Assembly (NCBI GenBank): GCA_041305345.1
Contig: JBFYLP010000006.1
Coordinates: 369,601-433,600 of the forward strand
DNA: 64,000 nucleotides
Reading direction: 5' to 3'
From: Candidatus Micrarchaeota archaeon
GTDB lineage: Archaea; Micrarchaeota; Micrarchaeia; Norongarragalinales; SBBD01
Made by a program: the position numbers and the translations under genes. The notes beneath the pieces are model-generated. The model was not told the origin of the DNA and did no database searches. It saw nothing but the letters and a program-made list of their open reading frames with translations. This document shows, one piece after another, positions 16,222-25,945 of the stretch. The first letter of the stretch is position 1, and the number at the start of each line of letters is the position of its first letter.

Positions 16222-19131
16222 ATGATTAGGCACATCCTACTGGCACTATTGCTAATTCCCTTAGTTGCAGCTTCGGGCATAATGCTCGATGAAAAGGAAA
16301 TATTAGCCTGCGCAACCGACCAGCTTGTCATCTCGGGCAAGATCGAGAACTCGAAAGCGATGCCCGATCTTTACAGGCTGAGCGTGGATAGTGCGGAGGG
16401 CATATCCGCGTACGTGACAGAAGAAATCGAGGTAGCCGCATATGGGAGGGAGGGCTTTAGGCTGTTCCTATCCCCGATCTGCCTCCCAACAGGCACATAC
16501 GGATTCAAAGTCATTGCAGAGGGTGTCCGCGGCGAGAGGATGGAGGAAAATGGGAAAATCGAGGTTAGGGACTGCAACCTGATGGAACTTAGGGTTGCGC
16601 AGGATAAGGCCGAGGCGTGCAACGGCGAGAGCGCATCTTTTAGCATATTCGTGAGGAACTTGGGGAGGGAGGAGCAGGATTTTTCATTGGGAACCGATTT
16701 GGAGAAGTCCGGTTACGTGCTTTCAAAAAGCAGGTTTTCATTGAAGCCGGGGCAGGAGGCGAGTGCAACGCTTACGCTAAATGTACCGGCTGATTTGTAC
16801 CAGCAGGGGATGCTGACCTTCAAGATCAAGGCGCAGAGCACCTACAGCTGCGGCTCAAACAGCAGGGAGTCGCTAGCTTCCATCAAGATCAATAGGTGCG
16901 ATGGCATCACATTGACCGCATTGAAGCAAATTGCAGTCCAGGGAGGAACGCAGGAGAAATGGAATATTTTCCTTGATAACCAGAAAACCGAAGACACGTA
17001 TGACTTGAAGCTCGTTTGCCCCAGCTTTGCACAATTTTCACAAAAAACGCTGCAGCTTGGAAGCTTCCAGGGCGCTTCGCTGGATGTGATTTTAAAGCCT
17101 CGGGTCGAGGATGTAGGCGAATATGATTGCACCCTGACGGCAACGTCGCAAAAATTCAAGAAAGGCTATGGCGCGAGTGCAAAAATCAAGGTCGTCCAGA
17201 ATTATGGGGCCAAACTCGCCTTGCCTTCTGAGATCAGGGTATGCGAGGGAGAAATTGGGGAAGTGAAAGCAAAACTTCAAAATACCGGGGAGAAAAACGA
17301 GTATCACATCGGTGCAAGCGGCGTCGAAGGGAAATTGAGCTCAAAAACGATCCTTGCGCCTCTTAGTTCAACCAATGATTTTTCATTCTTTACTTCGGAC
17401 AAGCTAGGGGTAGGAAAATACACGCTTGAAATCAGCGCTGCGAGCCCTTACGTTGCAATCAAGCAGCAAACCAGCGTTATCGTGGAATCCTGCTTCGCGT
17501 CCTCATTGAGACTGCCTTCGGGAACACTTGGAATGTGCGCTGGCGAGGGAACAACGTTGGCTGTGAAGGCTGCAAACCGCGGGACGCAGGAAGATTCTTA
17601 CGTGCTTTCAGTAAAGTCTCCAGGAGGCATCGTGACCGAATTCAAAGAGCAGGCATTCAGGCTTAAAAGCGCTGAAAGCAGGGAGCTTGGGATGAACCTG
17701 CGGGTTGAGGATAGTGTTGCACCTGGGAAATACGAATTGCAAATAAGGAGTGATGGAAAGCGTTCAGCAGAAACCGCAACGCTGGAATTGGAGGTGCTTC
17801 CGATAGGCATTTGCCACGCATTGAAGCTGGAATCCGACGGAACATCAAAGCGCACGGGCTCCGGGGTTGGGAAGAGCTTTAGGATTCAAGTGATTAACGA
17901 GGGAAGGTTTACCGAGAAAGTGGAACTGTTTCTTTCGCAGAAGCCTGCGTGGGCATACATCACGCCTGCAAAATTGGAAATATTGCCTGGAAAGAAGGAG
18001 GAGGCACTGATTTACTTCGCGCCTCCGCTGAACCAAAAGCTTGGCGATTACCCGCTTGTTGTCGAGGTGAGAGGGAAATACCTCACGAAGAATTTGGAAC
18101 TAAAGGTGCAGGTGGTTGCGCTTGAAACCGGTGAGGAAATCAGGATGGACCTTTCGCAGGCTAAAATCCCACGCATTATTGAGAAGGATGTTGAGACGCC
18201 TATGAAAATTCGGGTTAGGAACACCGGCGAAACGGATTTGCAAAGGGCCGCAATATTGTTTTCGGAAGCCATAACCGTGCTCGAGCAGGTGCCGTTTGAA
18301 TTGAAAGCCGGGGAAACGAAGGACGTGCATATCGTTGTCAAGCTCGAGGATGTGGCGGAGGATAGGAAGAAAGTGATGATGGGAATTTATGCGCAGGAGG
18401 GTTTTTCGGAAAAGGAAGTGGAGTTTGAGGTTGCCGAAAATCCCCTTGAGCTGGAGCAGGTATCGATGGAGAAGGTTGGAGAAAAAATAACAACTGTGCT
18501 GAAATTGGCAAACCACGGGAATGTTACGCTCAATCTTACCCCGAAATCGCTTGGGGGAGCGGAATTCCAAGAGCACCCATTAAGCGTGCCTGCAAATGGT
18601 GAAATCGAATTTGAAGCGAACTTCAGCGAGGGGAACGAGACCATTTACTTTGAGGATGCCGCTACGGGGAAGGTATATAGGAGGAGGATCACGGTTGGGA
18701 AGGAGGGCGACATAACGGGCTTGTTCGTTGCCTCTTTTTCGAAGGTTGCTCCGTTGCTGATTGCAATAATTGGCGGCGCGATAGCACTTTACCTAATCAT
18801 TTCAAGGAAGGATAAAATCATGCGGAGGTTCGACGGGAAGAAGGATAGCGACATTGACGGGGATGAAAATGGAATATACGAGGAGCCGGCGGAAACTGAG
18901 GAGGCCGGAGAGGATCTCTCAGGGGCGAATGAAGCCGTGACGGAAACAAAGACTTCCGCAGAGGATGAAGGAACCTGGGATACGGAATCGGATGAAAAAA
19001 TCGCTGATGCTGCCATTGCTGCCCAAAAGGAGCGGAAATATGCAAAGAAGAAATCGGTAAAAAAAATCAAGCCCAGGAAGAGAAAATCAGGCCTGCGGGG
19101 CCAGAACCTGTTTGTATGGTTTGGGAAATGA
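16222..19131 (+). CDS. large cell-surface protein with signal peptide, tandem Ig/CARDB-like ~100-aa domains, C-terminal TM anchor and charged tail
   Basis: Starts 18 nt after the upstream giant ORF and is preceded by a purine-rich RBS-like sequence. Signal peptide MIRHILLALLLIPLVAASG. Repeated domains with paired Cys. C-terminal helix LLIAIIGGAIALYLII followed by an acidic then basic tail. Oligo-T run after the stop. Confidence 0.6.
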   Translation: MIRHILLALLLIPLVAASGIMLDEKEILACATDQLVISGKIENSKAMPDLYRLSVDSAEGISAYVTEEIEVAAYGREGFRLFLSPICLPTGTYGFKVIAEGVRGERMEENGKIEVRDCNLMELRVAQDKAEACNGESASFSIFVRNLGREEQDFSLGTDLEKSGYVLSKSRFSLKPGQEASATLTLNVPADLYQQGMLTFKIKAQSTYSCGSNSRESLASIKINRCDGITLTALKQIAVQGGTQEKWNIFLDNQKTEDTYDLKLVCPSFAQFSQKTLQLGSFQGASLDVILKPRVEDVGEYDCTLTATSQKFKKGYGASAKIKVVQNYGAKLALPSEIRVCEGEIGEVKAKLQNTGEKNEYHIGASGVEGKLSSKTILAPLSSTNDFSFFTSDKLGVGKYTLEISAASPYVAIKQQTSVIVESCFASSLRLPSGTLGMCAGEGTTLAVKAANRGTQEDSYVLSVKSPGGIVTEFKEQAFRLKSAESRELGMNLRVEDSVAPGKYELQIRSDGKRSAETATLELEVLPIGICHALKLESDGTSKRTGSGVGKSFRIQVINEGRFTEKVELFLSQKPAWAYITPAKLEILPGKKEEALIYFAPPLNQKLGDYPLVVEVRGKYLTKNLELKVQVVALETGEEIRMDLSQAKIPRIIEKDVETPMKIRVRNTGETDLQRAAILFSEAITVLEQVPFELKAGETKDVHIVVKLEDVAEDRKKVMMGIYAQEGFSEKEVEFEVAENPLELEQVSMEKVGEKITTVLKLANHGNVTLNLTPKSLGGAEFQEHPLSVPANGEIEFEANFSEGNETIYFEDAATGKVYRRRITVGKEGDITGLFVASFSKVAPLLIAIIGGAIALYLIISRKDKIMRRFDGKKDSDIDGDENGIYEEPAETEEAGEDLSGANEAVTETKTSAEDEGTWDTESDEKIADAAIAAQKERKYAKKKSVKKIKPRKRKSGLRGQNLFVWFGK

Positions 19132-19132
19132 T

Positions 19133-19146
19133 TTTTTGGTTTTAGG
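19133..19146 (+). terminator. oligo-T archaeal-type terminator after the surface-protein gene pair
   Basis: gatttttt ggtttt T-runs immediately after the stop at 19131. Confidence 0.4.
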
Positions 19147-19179
19147 GAATTATTCTAATTGCATCAATACGGCTATTCG

Positions 19180-19192
19180 GTTAAATATTTAA
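19180..19192 (+). promoter_or_regulatory. BRE/TATA-like promoter element for dcd
   Basis: ggttaaatatttaaac about 25-35 nt upstream of the dcd ATG at 19215. Confidence 0.45.
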
Positions 19193-19214
19193 ACAGCCGG
19201 CGGTTTCTAATTTC

Positions 19215-19739
19215 ATGATTCTTAGCCGGATTGAGATTTTAAGGGCCATCAAGAAAAAAGAGATAGCGATAACGCCTTTTGATAAGGGCTGTATCGGCGC
19301 TTGTTCTGTAGACCTGCACCTGGGTTGCGAGTTCGTGCTTTTCAGGAAGGGCAGGAGGGCCATATTCGTGAAGGAGGAAACGGCTCTTCCCAAGAAGCAT
19401 GCAAGGAAGGTTTCACTGGGGCCAAGTGATGTGCTGCATCTTAAACCGGGTCAGTTCATCCTCGGAGTGACGAAGGAGAAGATCAAATTATCAGGGAAAT
19501 ATTGCGGGAGAATAGAGGGAAGGAGCAGGTTCGCAAGGCTGGGGCTGATGGTGCACATCTCATCGAGTTTGATCCAGCCCGGCTGCAACAACGTGCAGGT
19601 GCTGGAAATTGTGAATCTTTCGACAGTCCCGCTTATCCTAAGGCCCGGCCTGAAGGTGTGCCAGGTGGTTTTCTCCGAACTGAAAGGCGAGGAGAAATAC
19701 ATCGGCAGGTACAGGCTCCAAAATGGAATAAGGGTTTGA
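19215..19739 (+). CDS. dcd: dCTP deaminase
   Basis: 174 aa; N-terminal MILSRIEIL…ITPFD and the GRSRFARLGL motif match the dCTP deaminase/dUTPase family. Confidence 0.7.
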   Translation: MILSRIEILRAIKKKEIAITPFDKGCIGACSVDLHLGCEFVLFRKGRRAIFVKEETALPKKHARKVSLGPSDVLHLKPGQFILGVTKEKIKLSGKYCGRIEGRSRFARLGLMVHISSSLIQPGCNNVQVLEIVNLSTVPLILRPGLKVCQVVFSELKGEEKYIGRYRLQNGIRV

Positions 19740-19773
19740 ATTGCAAAGGCAAAAAAAAGGGGATACCCCCGGG

Positions 19774-21321
19774 CTACACCCCGATCTGTTTCTTGATGGT
19801 GCTCCTTGCAGTAAGCAGGAATTTTTTTAGCGCTTCCTGGGTGTTTGGCATCGATGCGCCCGATGCAACGGAATGCCCCCCGCCAAAGCCCCCCGCTTCC
19901 TTCGCGGAAACGCCCATCGCTTCGCCCAGATTGAGCCCCTTTTCAACCAGCCCCGAGTATGCGCGAGCTGAGCCCTTGATCTGGCCGCTTTCATCGATGG
20001 AAAGGGCGATGATTGGCTTGTTGCGGCCAAGCGAGCCGGAATTGAAATAGCTGCCGGCAACCGTGCCGATGATCGAATCGGCGATTTCGCCCCTGGCATC
20101 AAGCAGATAAAATGCGCCCATGTCCTCGGTGAATTTCCGGGCGTGTGAGATGGCTTTGCTTATTTCTATTCTGTGCTGCATTAGCAAGCTGTGCGCTTCT
20201 TCATATGCTCCGGGCTCATTCAGGCAAAGGCGGATTCCAATATCGTGCTTCCCGCTCCTCCCGCACGCATTGAGGAGGGATGAAAACTCATAAGCATCAA
20301 AGAGCTCGGTTGAATTGTTTTCGCTCGGAAAGAGGTACACTTCCCCGAGCATTGATTTTATCATTTCGTCTGGCATCGCCTTCTCATAGCAGAAATAGAG
20401 CAGGGCGCCAATGAGCCTGATGCGGTCCGACTTGTGCAGGTCGTAGTAGCGCAGCCATGTGCGTTTGCCATCATTCTCGGAAAAAAGCGGAATCCCATTT
20501 TTCCTTAAAAATAGGGCGCAGTTCTTGGGGTTGCCCGTAAGGGTTGGGAGGAATGGCTCTGAGGAATAATTCAGGAAGTTCACGAGGGTACGGGAGACCC
20601 TCCCGAATAGGCGCAGGTCGCATATCACGTCCACCACCTTGATTTTCCGCGCCTCGTCGAGCATCACCCTATTCAGCCCCCTAAGACCCTTGACGTCCTG
20701 GATGTCGCCGACCGCGCCGATAATCCCCATTTGCGCGATGCGCTTTGCGGTTTCAACGCAGCAGTGCTTGGCGAACGTGAAATAGGCTGCGGAGGAGCTG
20801 CACAGGTAGAATGCGCCGTCGATGTTAAAGTGGTGGCAGTTGATCATTGAAAACGCATCGGACTTGGCCTCGATTTTTTCGGGCTTGTGGTGGTCTATCT
20901 GAAGGATGGTTTTTCCGGAATTGGCGATTTGATTGATCGGATTGAGGAAACCGGTTCCGATGTCGATGAAAATGATGCGTTTTGAGGGGTCGTTTTGCAC
21001 TTGCCCCATTACCTGGTCGGTCATCTTCTTTACTGTAAGAATACGGAAGGGAATCTGCCGATCCTTCAGGGCAAGTGCAACGATGGAGCCCGAGGCGAGG
21101 CCGTCGGAATCGAAATGGTTGACGATGAGAACGTCCCTTGGGTTTTCGAGGGTGCGTTTGCCTTCCCTTTCCGCAAAGTTGATGAAATCGCGGCCGTCTT
21201 TTTCTGAAATACCATCATTCGCAGGCTTCTCATCGGCTGCTGGTTCCACTTGTACGTATTCCGCAAGCTCCTCGTGCGCCTCTTCCAGATAATCAAGTAA
21301 TTTTTTGCCCATTTTTACCAA
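19774..21321 (-). CDS. DHH-family phosphoesterase, archaeal RecJ-like nuclease (GAN/HAN-like)
   Basis: DHH motifs (NHFDSDGLASG; IDHH) and a DHHA1-like GGGH motif near the C-terminus. Confidence 0.65.
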   Translation of the reverse strand: MVKMGKKLLDYLEEAHEELAEYVQVEPAADEKPANDGISEKDGRDFINFAEREGKRTLENPRDVLIVNHFDSDGLASGSIVALALKDRQIPFRILTVKKMTDQVMGQVQNDPSKRIIFIDIGTGFLNPINQIANSGKTILQIDHHKPEKIEAKSDAFSMINCHHFNIDGAFYLCSSSAAYFTFAKHCCVETAKRIAQMGIIGAVGDIQDVKGLRGLNRVMLDEARKIKVVDVICDLRLFGRVSRTLVNFLNYSSEPFLPTLTGNPKNCALFLRKNGIPLFSENDGKRTWLRYYDLHKSDRIRLIGALLYFCYEKAMPDEMIKSMLGEVYLFPSENNSTELFDAYEFSSLLNACGRSGKHDIGIRLCLNEPGAYEEAHSLLMQHRIEISKAISHARKFTEDMGAFYLLDARGEIADSIIGTVAGSYFNSGSLGRNKPIIALSIDESGQIKGSARAYSGLVEKGLNLGEAMGVSAKEAGGFGGGHSVASGASMPNTQEALKKFLLTARSTIKKQIGV

Positions 21322-21426
21322 TCTGTCCTAAAAGCCATACAATCCGATAATCATTTGCCAATTCCCTTCGATATGTTTTTGAAAAATATACTTTAATAAA
21401 CCTGCTCAGTTTCAGCTTATTAGAGG

Positions 21427-22197
21427 GTGGTAACCGTGGTACTTGAGTGGGTTATCGGGGTTTTCCTGCTGATTCTGGCTCTTATGAGCATCAAGATCGT
21501 GGACCAGTATGAGAGGGCGGTGAAGTTCAGGCTCGGGAAGTATGTGGGCTCGCTTGAGCCCGGGCTGAATTTCGTGATCCCGCTAATTGAAAGGGTCGTG
21601 ATGGTCGACATGAGGCTGCAGACCATCGACATTCCTGCGCAGCAGGTGATCACGAAGGATAATGTGCCGGTGGAAGTGAATGGCGTCATCTATTTCAAGG
21701 TGTCCAGCCCGGAAGTTGCGGTCATTAAAATACAGAACTACATCTATGCGATTTCCCAGTATGCACAGACCGCATTGAAGGATGTGGTCGGCGGAATGAC
21801 GCTAGACCAGCTGCTTGCGGAAAGGGACGAAATTGGCAAGGAGATTGAAAAGCTCGTCGAATCGGAGACAAAGGAATGGGGGATGGAGGTCGAAGTGATT
21901 AAAATGCAGGATATCGACATGCCTGAAGAGCTCAAGCGCATAATGTCGAGGCAGGCGGCTGCGGAGAGGGAGAAGCGCGCGAACATCACGAAATCAGAAG
22001 GGGACAAACTGGCCGCGTTCAACCTGGCTGCTGCTGCAAAAACAATGGCGGAATCGCCAGGCGCAATGCAGCTTCGGACGCTGCAGACAATAGATGGGCT
22101 GGGGCCCACTCCGAGCAACACCGTGGTGATGTTCCCAATCGATGTCGTGGAGGCACTCCATTCTTTCTCGGAAATGATGAAGAAGAATAAGAAATAG
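21427..22197 (+). CDS. SPFH/band-7 (stomatin/prohibitin-like) membrane protein
   Basis: N-terminal TM helix followed by IVDQYERAVKFRLGKY…, the classic stomatin-family core. Confidence 0.75.
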   Translation: MVTVVLEWVIGVFLLILALMSIKIVDQYERAVKFRLGKYVGSLEPGLNFVIPLIERVVMVDMRLQTIDIPAQQVITKDNVPVEVNGVIYFKVSSPEVAVIKIQNYIYAISQYAQTALKDVVGGMTLDQLLAERDEIGKEIEKLVESETKEWGMEVEVIKMQDIDMPEELKRIMSRQAAAEREKRANITKSEGDKLAAFNLAAAAKTMAESPGAMQLRTLQTIDGLGPTPSNTVVMFPIDVVEALHSFSEMMKKNKK

Positions 22198-22293
22198 GCT
22201 GGAAGGAAATTTGGAAATGGCCCTTAGGAAGGGCAGCAGCCGATGGGGCACTTGGTTTGAAAAAGGAGGGAATTTCGCTTTAGCATCTGCAAG

Positions 22294-23370
22294 GTGGTAC
22301 GAATGAATCCGTTGGTTACGAGGGTCGAGACGTTGGAATCCAACGAAAACGCCTCGAAGGCGCTTAGGATGTTCGAGGATAACGATTTGCTCGTGATCAC
22401 GAGGGCGGGGAAATATTTCGGCATCCTGACGCCGGAAATGGTCCTTCGGTTCAGTGCCGATGCGGACAGGACGAAGGCGGGGAGGCTCGCAACGAATTCG
22501 GGCGTAATCAAGGAAAAGGAGTTGAAATATTTGGATCTTGCAAGGAAGCTTGCGGGAAGCCGCTTTGGGTGCGTCATTGTCCTTGACGGGGCGGGAAGGC
22601 CAATTGGAATGGTAAATGCGGCCAGTTTGCTGAAATTTTCGCCCGAAACCGCAAGGCGCTTCAAGGCGGGCGAGCTTGTGGAAGTGCTGCCTTCGCTCGA
22701 AGCAGACACGCGGGTGGATAAGGCGATAGAAGTGCTAATCAAGAAGGGCGCAACCGAGGCGGGGGTCCTTGATGACGGTAAATTCATTGGCATCCTAACT
22801 GCAAGGGACATTGCGGCAAAAATAAAGCCGTACCTGCACAAGAAAAACCACGACCTCGAGCAGCGCGAATGGGCGGACCCATCGAAGGATCGGATCAGGG
22901 GCGTTATGACTCCGGAGTTTTCAATAAGGCGGGTGCCCGCATCTCTCGACCTTTCGCAGGCATTGGAGGAGGTGGAGTACGGCAATGCGTATGTGTTCGA
23001 AGGCCCGCTGCTGAAGGGAAGGCTAGAGCCGTTCAAGGCGCTTGCAGGCATCGAGGAGGAGGCGCCTTCACACATCGAGATATCGGGCCTCGGCCCAGAC
23101 GAGGCGATCTTTAGGGAATCGATTTTCGAGGAATGCGCAAGCGTGCTTAGGAAATTCGGGAAGGGCGGCACACTGCACCTTAGGGTTAGGAGCGCAAGGA
23201 AGGGGAAGGGGAAGAAGATCTACGAGGTGCACGGAAGGCTGGAGATTGGAAGGATGGCATTCGTATGCGCAACTCCGGAAATGGCAAAGCACGGGCAGAA
23301 TTGGGACCTTTGGATGGCGATTTCGGAAGTGCTGGAGGAATTGAAGAAATCCTACCTCAAGAAGAAATGA
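22294..23370 (+). CDS. CBS-domain pair protein with uncharacterised C-terminal domain
   Basis: Two CBS-like pairs (…LLVITRAGKYFGILTPEMV…; …GVLDDGKFIGILTARDI…) and a C-terminal ~130-aa region with no assignment. Confidence 0.5.
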   Translation: MVRMNPLVTRVETLESNENASKALRMFEDNDLLVITRAGKYFGILTPEMVLRFSADADRTKAGRLATNSGVIKEKELKYLDLARKLAGSRFGCVIVLDGAGRPIGMVNAASLLKFSPETARRFKAGELVEVLPSLEADTRVDKAIEVLIKKGATEAGVLDDGKFIGILTARDIAAKIKPYLHKKNHDLEQREWADPSKDRIRGVMTPEFSIRRVPASLDLSQALEEVEYGNAYVFEGPLLKGRLEPFKALAGIEEEAPSHIEISGLGPDEAIFRESIFEECASVLRKFGKGGTLHLRVRSARKGKGKKIYEVHGRLEIGRMAFVCATPEMAKHGQNWDLWMAISEVLEELKKSYLKKK

Positions 23371-23379
23371 ACTGGTAAT

Positions 23380-24639
23380 ATGGGATTCCTCGACTTCATT
23401 TTCAGGAAGGATAAGGGCAGGGGGGCGGAAACCGAAACGCCAATCAACGCAGGCCTTGGGGACATCGAAGGGATCGTTGGAAGGGGATTGGAAAAAAAAC
23501 TGTCCGATTTTTACCCCGAAGCTGCCAGCATCCTTAAGGGCATCCGGCTCGATGTTGGGGAAATGAGGCGTATTTCCAGCGAGCTTTCGGGAAGGCCGAT
23601 GAAATCCGCAATGCCCCAATATGAGAAGATCGAAAGGCAGATGAAGGAAAACTTTTTCCTTCGGATGCCAAAAATCCTTGCGGAAATGGTGCCTCCGGAG
23701 AAAACCGACTTTGCCTTGGTTAGGGAATTCCATTCAAAGCTTGTCGGCTCTCTTGCAGCGCTCACGAAAATCACCTCGGATAACAGGTACCTTGTCGCAT
23801 TCCAGAAGGGGTATTTCGAGGAGCTGGGCGTGCCTGTCAAGGCATTGGCGAAAAAAGCCGACCTACTAGGGGATGCAATAAGCAGGAATTCGGGCGCATT
23901 CGAGAAGGTGGAGGAAATCAGGCGCTTGCAGGATGAACTCGCAAAGGACGAACGCGCCATTTTTAGCCTTAGGGAGGAAATGGGCCGCATTGATGGAAAG
24001 CTGAGGCAGGATGCAAAGGACGCGGATGCTTCAATAATTTTAAAAGCGCGGGAGGACTATCGGAGGGCGGAAGCGGGCCTTGCGGGCACCCAGGCGGATG
24101 TTTCAAGGTGCAGGGGCGAGGTCGCATCCATCATCCTTCCATTGGAAAGGCTGATTAGGAAATATGAGAAGGCGGCAACGGATAGGGAGAATGCCAAAAT
24201 GGCAAGGGAATGCCTATTGGACCTGAATTCCTCCCTTGAGGATGAGGGGAAAATTGGCGAATTGGAGCGGATTAGCAAGGACATGGCAAAGATGCTGGCG
24301 GATGGCACGCTTTTTGAGGAAGAAAGGGATCGGAAGAAGCATATGGAACTCCTCAATAGGATCATTGCAGGTGAGGCAGCAGTGAAGATGGCCGAAATGA
24401 GGCGGCTCCGAGGCTTGGAGGCAGAGGGGAAAAAAGCCGTGCAATTGGCGGGAAATTCCCTTTCGGAAATCGAGGGGAAAGAGAAGGAAGCGAAGGCCTT
24501 GGTTGCAAGGAAGGAAAAATTGGTTTCTGAGCTGGCTGGGGCTGTTGAAAGGCGCAAGAACAAGGTTAGGGGGCTGGAGGTAATGATTGGGGAGTTTACG
24601 GGAAAGAAAATCGTCCTGATCGTGCCGGATGGAACCTAA
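23380..24639 (+). CDS. long coiled-coil protein, hypothetical
   Basis: 419 aa, highly charged with heptad-like K/E/R/A/L composition; begins 10 nt after the CBS gene; T-run after the stop. Confidence 0.4.
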   Translation: MGFLDFIFRKDKGRGAETETPINAGLGDIEGIVGRGLEKKLSDFYPEAASILKGIRLDVGEMRRISSELSGRPMKSAMPQYEKIERQMKENFFLRMPKILAEMVPPEKTDFALVREFHSKLVGSLAALTKITSDNRYLVAFQKGYFEELGVPVKALAKKADLLGDAISRNSGAFEKVEEIRRLQDELAKDERAIFSLREEMGRIDGKLRQDAKDADASIILKAREDYRRAEAGLAGTQADVSRCRGEVASIILPLERLIRKYEKAATDRENAKMARECLLDLNSSLEDEGKIGELERISKDMAKMLADGTLFEEERDRKKHMELLNRIIAGEAAVKMAEMRRLRGLEAEGKKAVQLAGNSLSEIEGKEKEAKALVARKEKLVSELAGAVERRKNKVRGLEVMIGEFTGKKIVLIVPDGT

Positions 24640-24877
24640 TCCGGGAGCAGGGCGAAAATCCACTACGGAGGAATTCGATTTTGTCCGCGGTTTTTTTTAA
24701 GAAGGGGATATTGCACACCCGAATCGTTGCTGGATCGCCTAAAAATCCAGTGCATAATCAAGACGACACAGAACGGATCGGTTTGGAAAACACGTGGCTC
24801 TAAGCGGGAGCAGGCTTACTTGCAAGCGGACGCATCAGGCGGATGAAGCATTTTTATATCACTTGGGAATAATTAAA

Positions 24878-25843
24878 ATGCAAGGGAAGTTTGAGGCGAA
24901 GGTGGAAGGAATGGTGCTTGAGTTCAGGCAGGACCCGACGAAGAATTCAGTGGTGCTGATTGCAAACGAGCGGGGAAAGCGGCCGGTTGTTTTCGGGGAG
25001 AAGATACTGTGCCCGTTCTGCAAGGGAGCGGAGCACACGACTCCGCCAACAAGGTTTGCAATGCCAAGCGAGAAGGAGTGGCGCGTGAGGGCATTTGACA
25101 ACGTGTTCGCCCTTGTCGGAACTGCAGGAAGGTACGTCGATTTGAATTCGGTGAACCCGGTTTCTTACGCGTATGGAAGGCACGAAGTCATCGTAGAAAG
25201 CGACTTCCACGAGGAGCTCTTCCACGAATTCGGGGAGCTGCAGCTCAAATTCGTATTCAAAGTTTACAAGCACAGGTTCGAGGAGCTAATGCAGGATGAG
25301 ACCGCAAAATACGTGCACCTCTTCAAGAACCACGGAAGGAATGCGGGCGCAAGCATCGAGCACGAGCATTCGCAGATCCTTTCTTTCCCGTTCATCCCGG
25401 AAATGATCCTCAAGGAGTCGGAAACGTACAAGGAATCGGAGAAGAGGGGGAAATGCGGGCTTTGCGAGCTGCTCGTGAAGGAGCAGGAAAACGTCCTGCT
25501 GGATAACGAGTTCTTTACCGCGCTATGCCCGTCATTTTCAAGATTTGCAAACGAGATCTGGATTATTCCAAAGGCGCACATAACAAGCATCTCAAGCTTG
25601 AATGAGGAACAGGGGCTGCATATGATGAAGATGCTTCGGGAGTGCATTAGAAGGGTGCATTACATCCTAAAGGACTATAATGTCGTTTTCCATAACTCCG
25701 CAAAGGGAGCGGACATGCACTTCCATCTGGAGATCTACCCAAGGAGCGGCTATTGGGCTGGAGTCGAGCTTGGAACGGGGGTAATAGTGAACCAGAAGAG
25801 CGAGAAGGACGCACTGCAGACGCTAAAATCCGTCAAGGTTTGA
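24878..25843 (+). CDS. galactose-1-phosphate uridylyltransferase (GalT)-family HIT-like nucleotidyltransferase
   Basis: CPFCKG zinc-site motif and an HEHSQI (HxHxQ) histidine-triad motif. Start chosen at the internal Met (MQGKFEA…) rather than the longer ORF-track start. Confidence 0.55.
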   Translation: MQGKFEAKVEGMVLEFRQDPTKNSVVLIANERGKRPVVFGEKILCPFCKGAEHTTPPTRFAMPSEKEWRVRAFDNVFALVGTAGRYVDLNSVNPVSYAYGRHEVIVESDFHEELFHEFGELQLKFVFKVYKHRFEELMQDETAKYVHLFKNHGRNAGASIEHEHSQILSFPFIPEMILKESETYKESEKRGKCGLCELLVKEQENVLLDNEFFTALCPSFSRFANEIWIIPKAHITSISSLNEEQGLHMMKMLRECIRRVHYILKDYNVVFHNSAKGADMHFHLEIYPRSGYWAGVELGTGVIVNQKSEKDALQTLKSVKV

Positions 25844-25945
25844 GTGCGGAGGAATTATTCAGGCAAGATTGGGGGGCTAATGTCCTTGGAAAATATTATG
25901 CACACTAGCGAGTGCTTGAATAAAAAAAATGGAAAAAAAGGAAAA

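Noticed and set aside
22224-23171. 315-aa minus-strand ORF antisense to the CBS-domain gene
   Set aside because: Ser/Pro/Ala-rich shadow ORF with no start-site signals; the sense-strand gene has recognisable CBS motifs.
24640-24880. Possible tRNA or ncRNA in the 240-bp intergenic region before the GalT-like gene
   Set aside because: No cloverleaf-compatible acceptor/T-arm pairing or conserved GTTC-like box could be found by eye. The region looks like a promoter plus oligo-T terminator.
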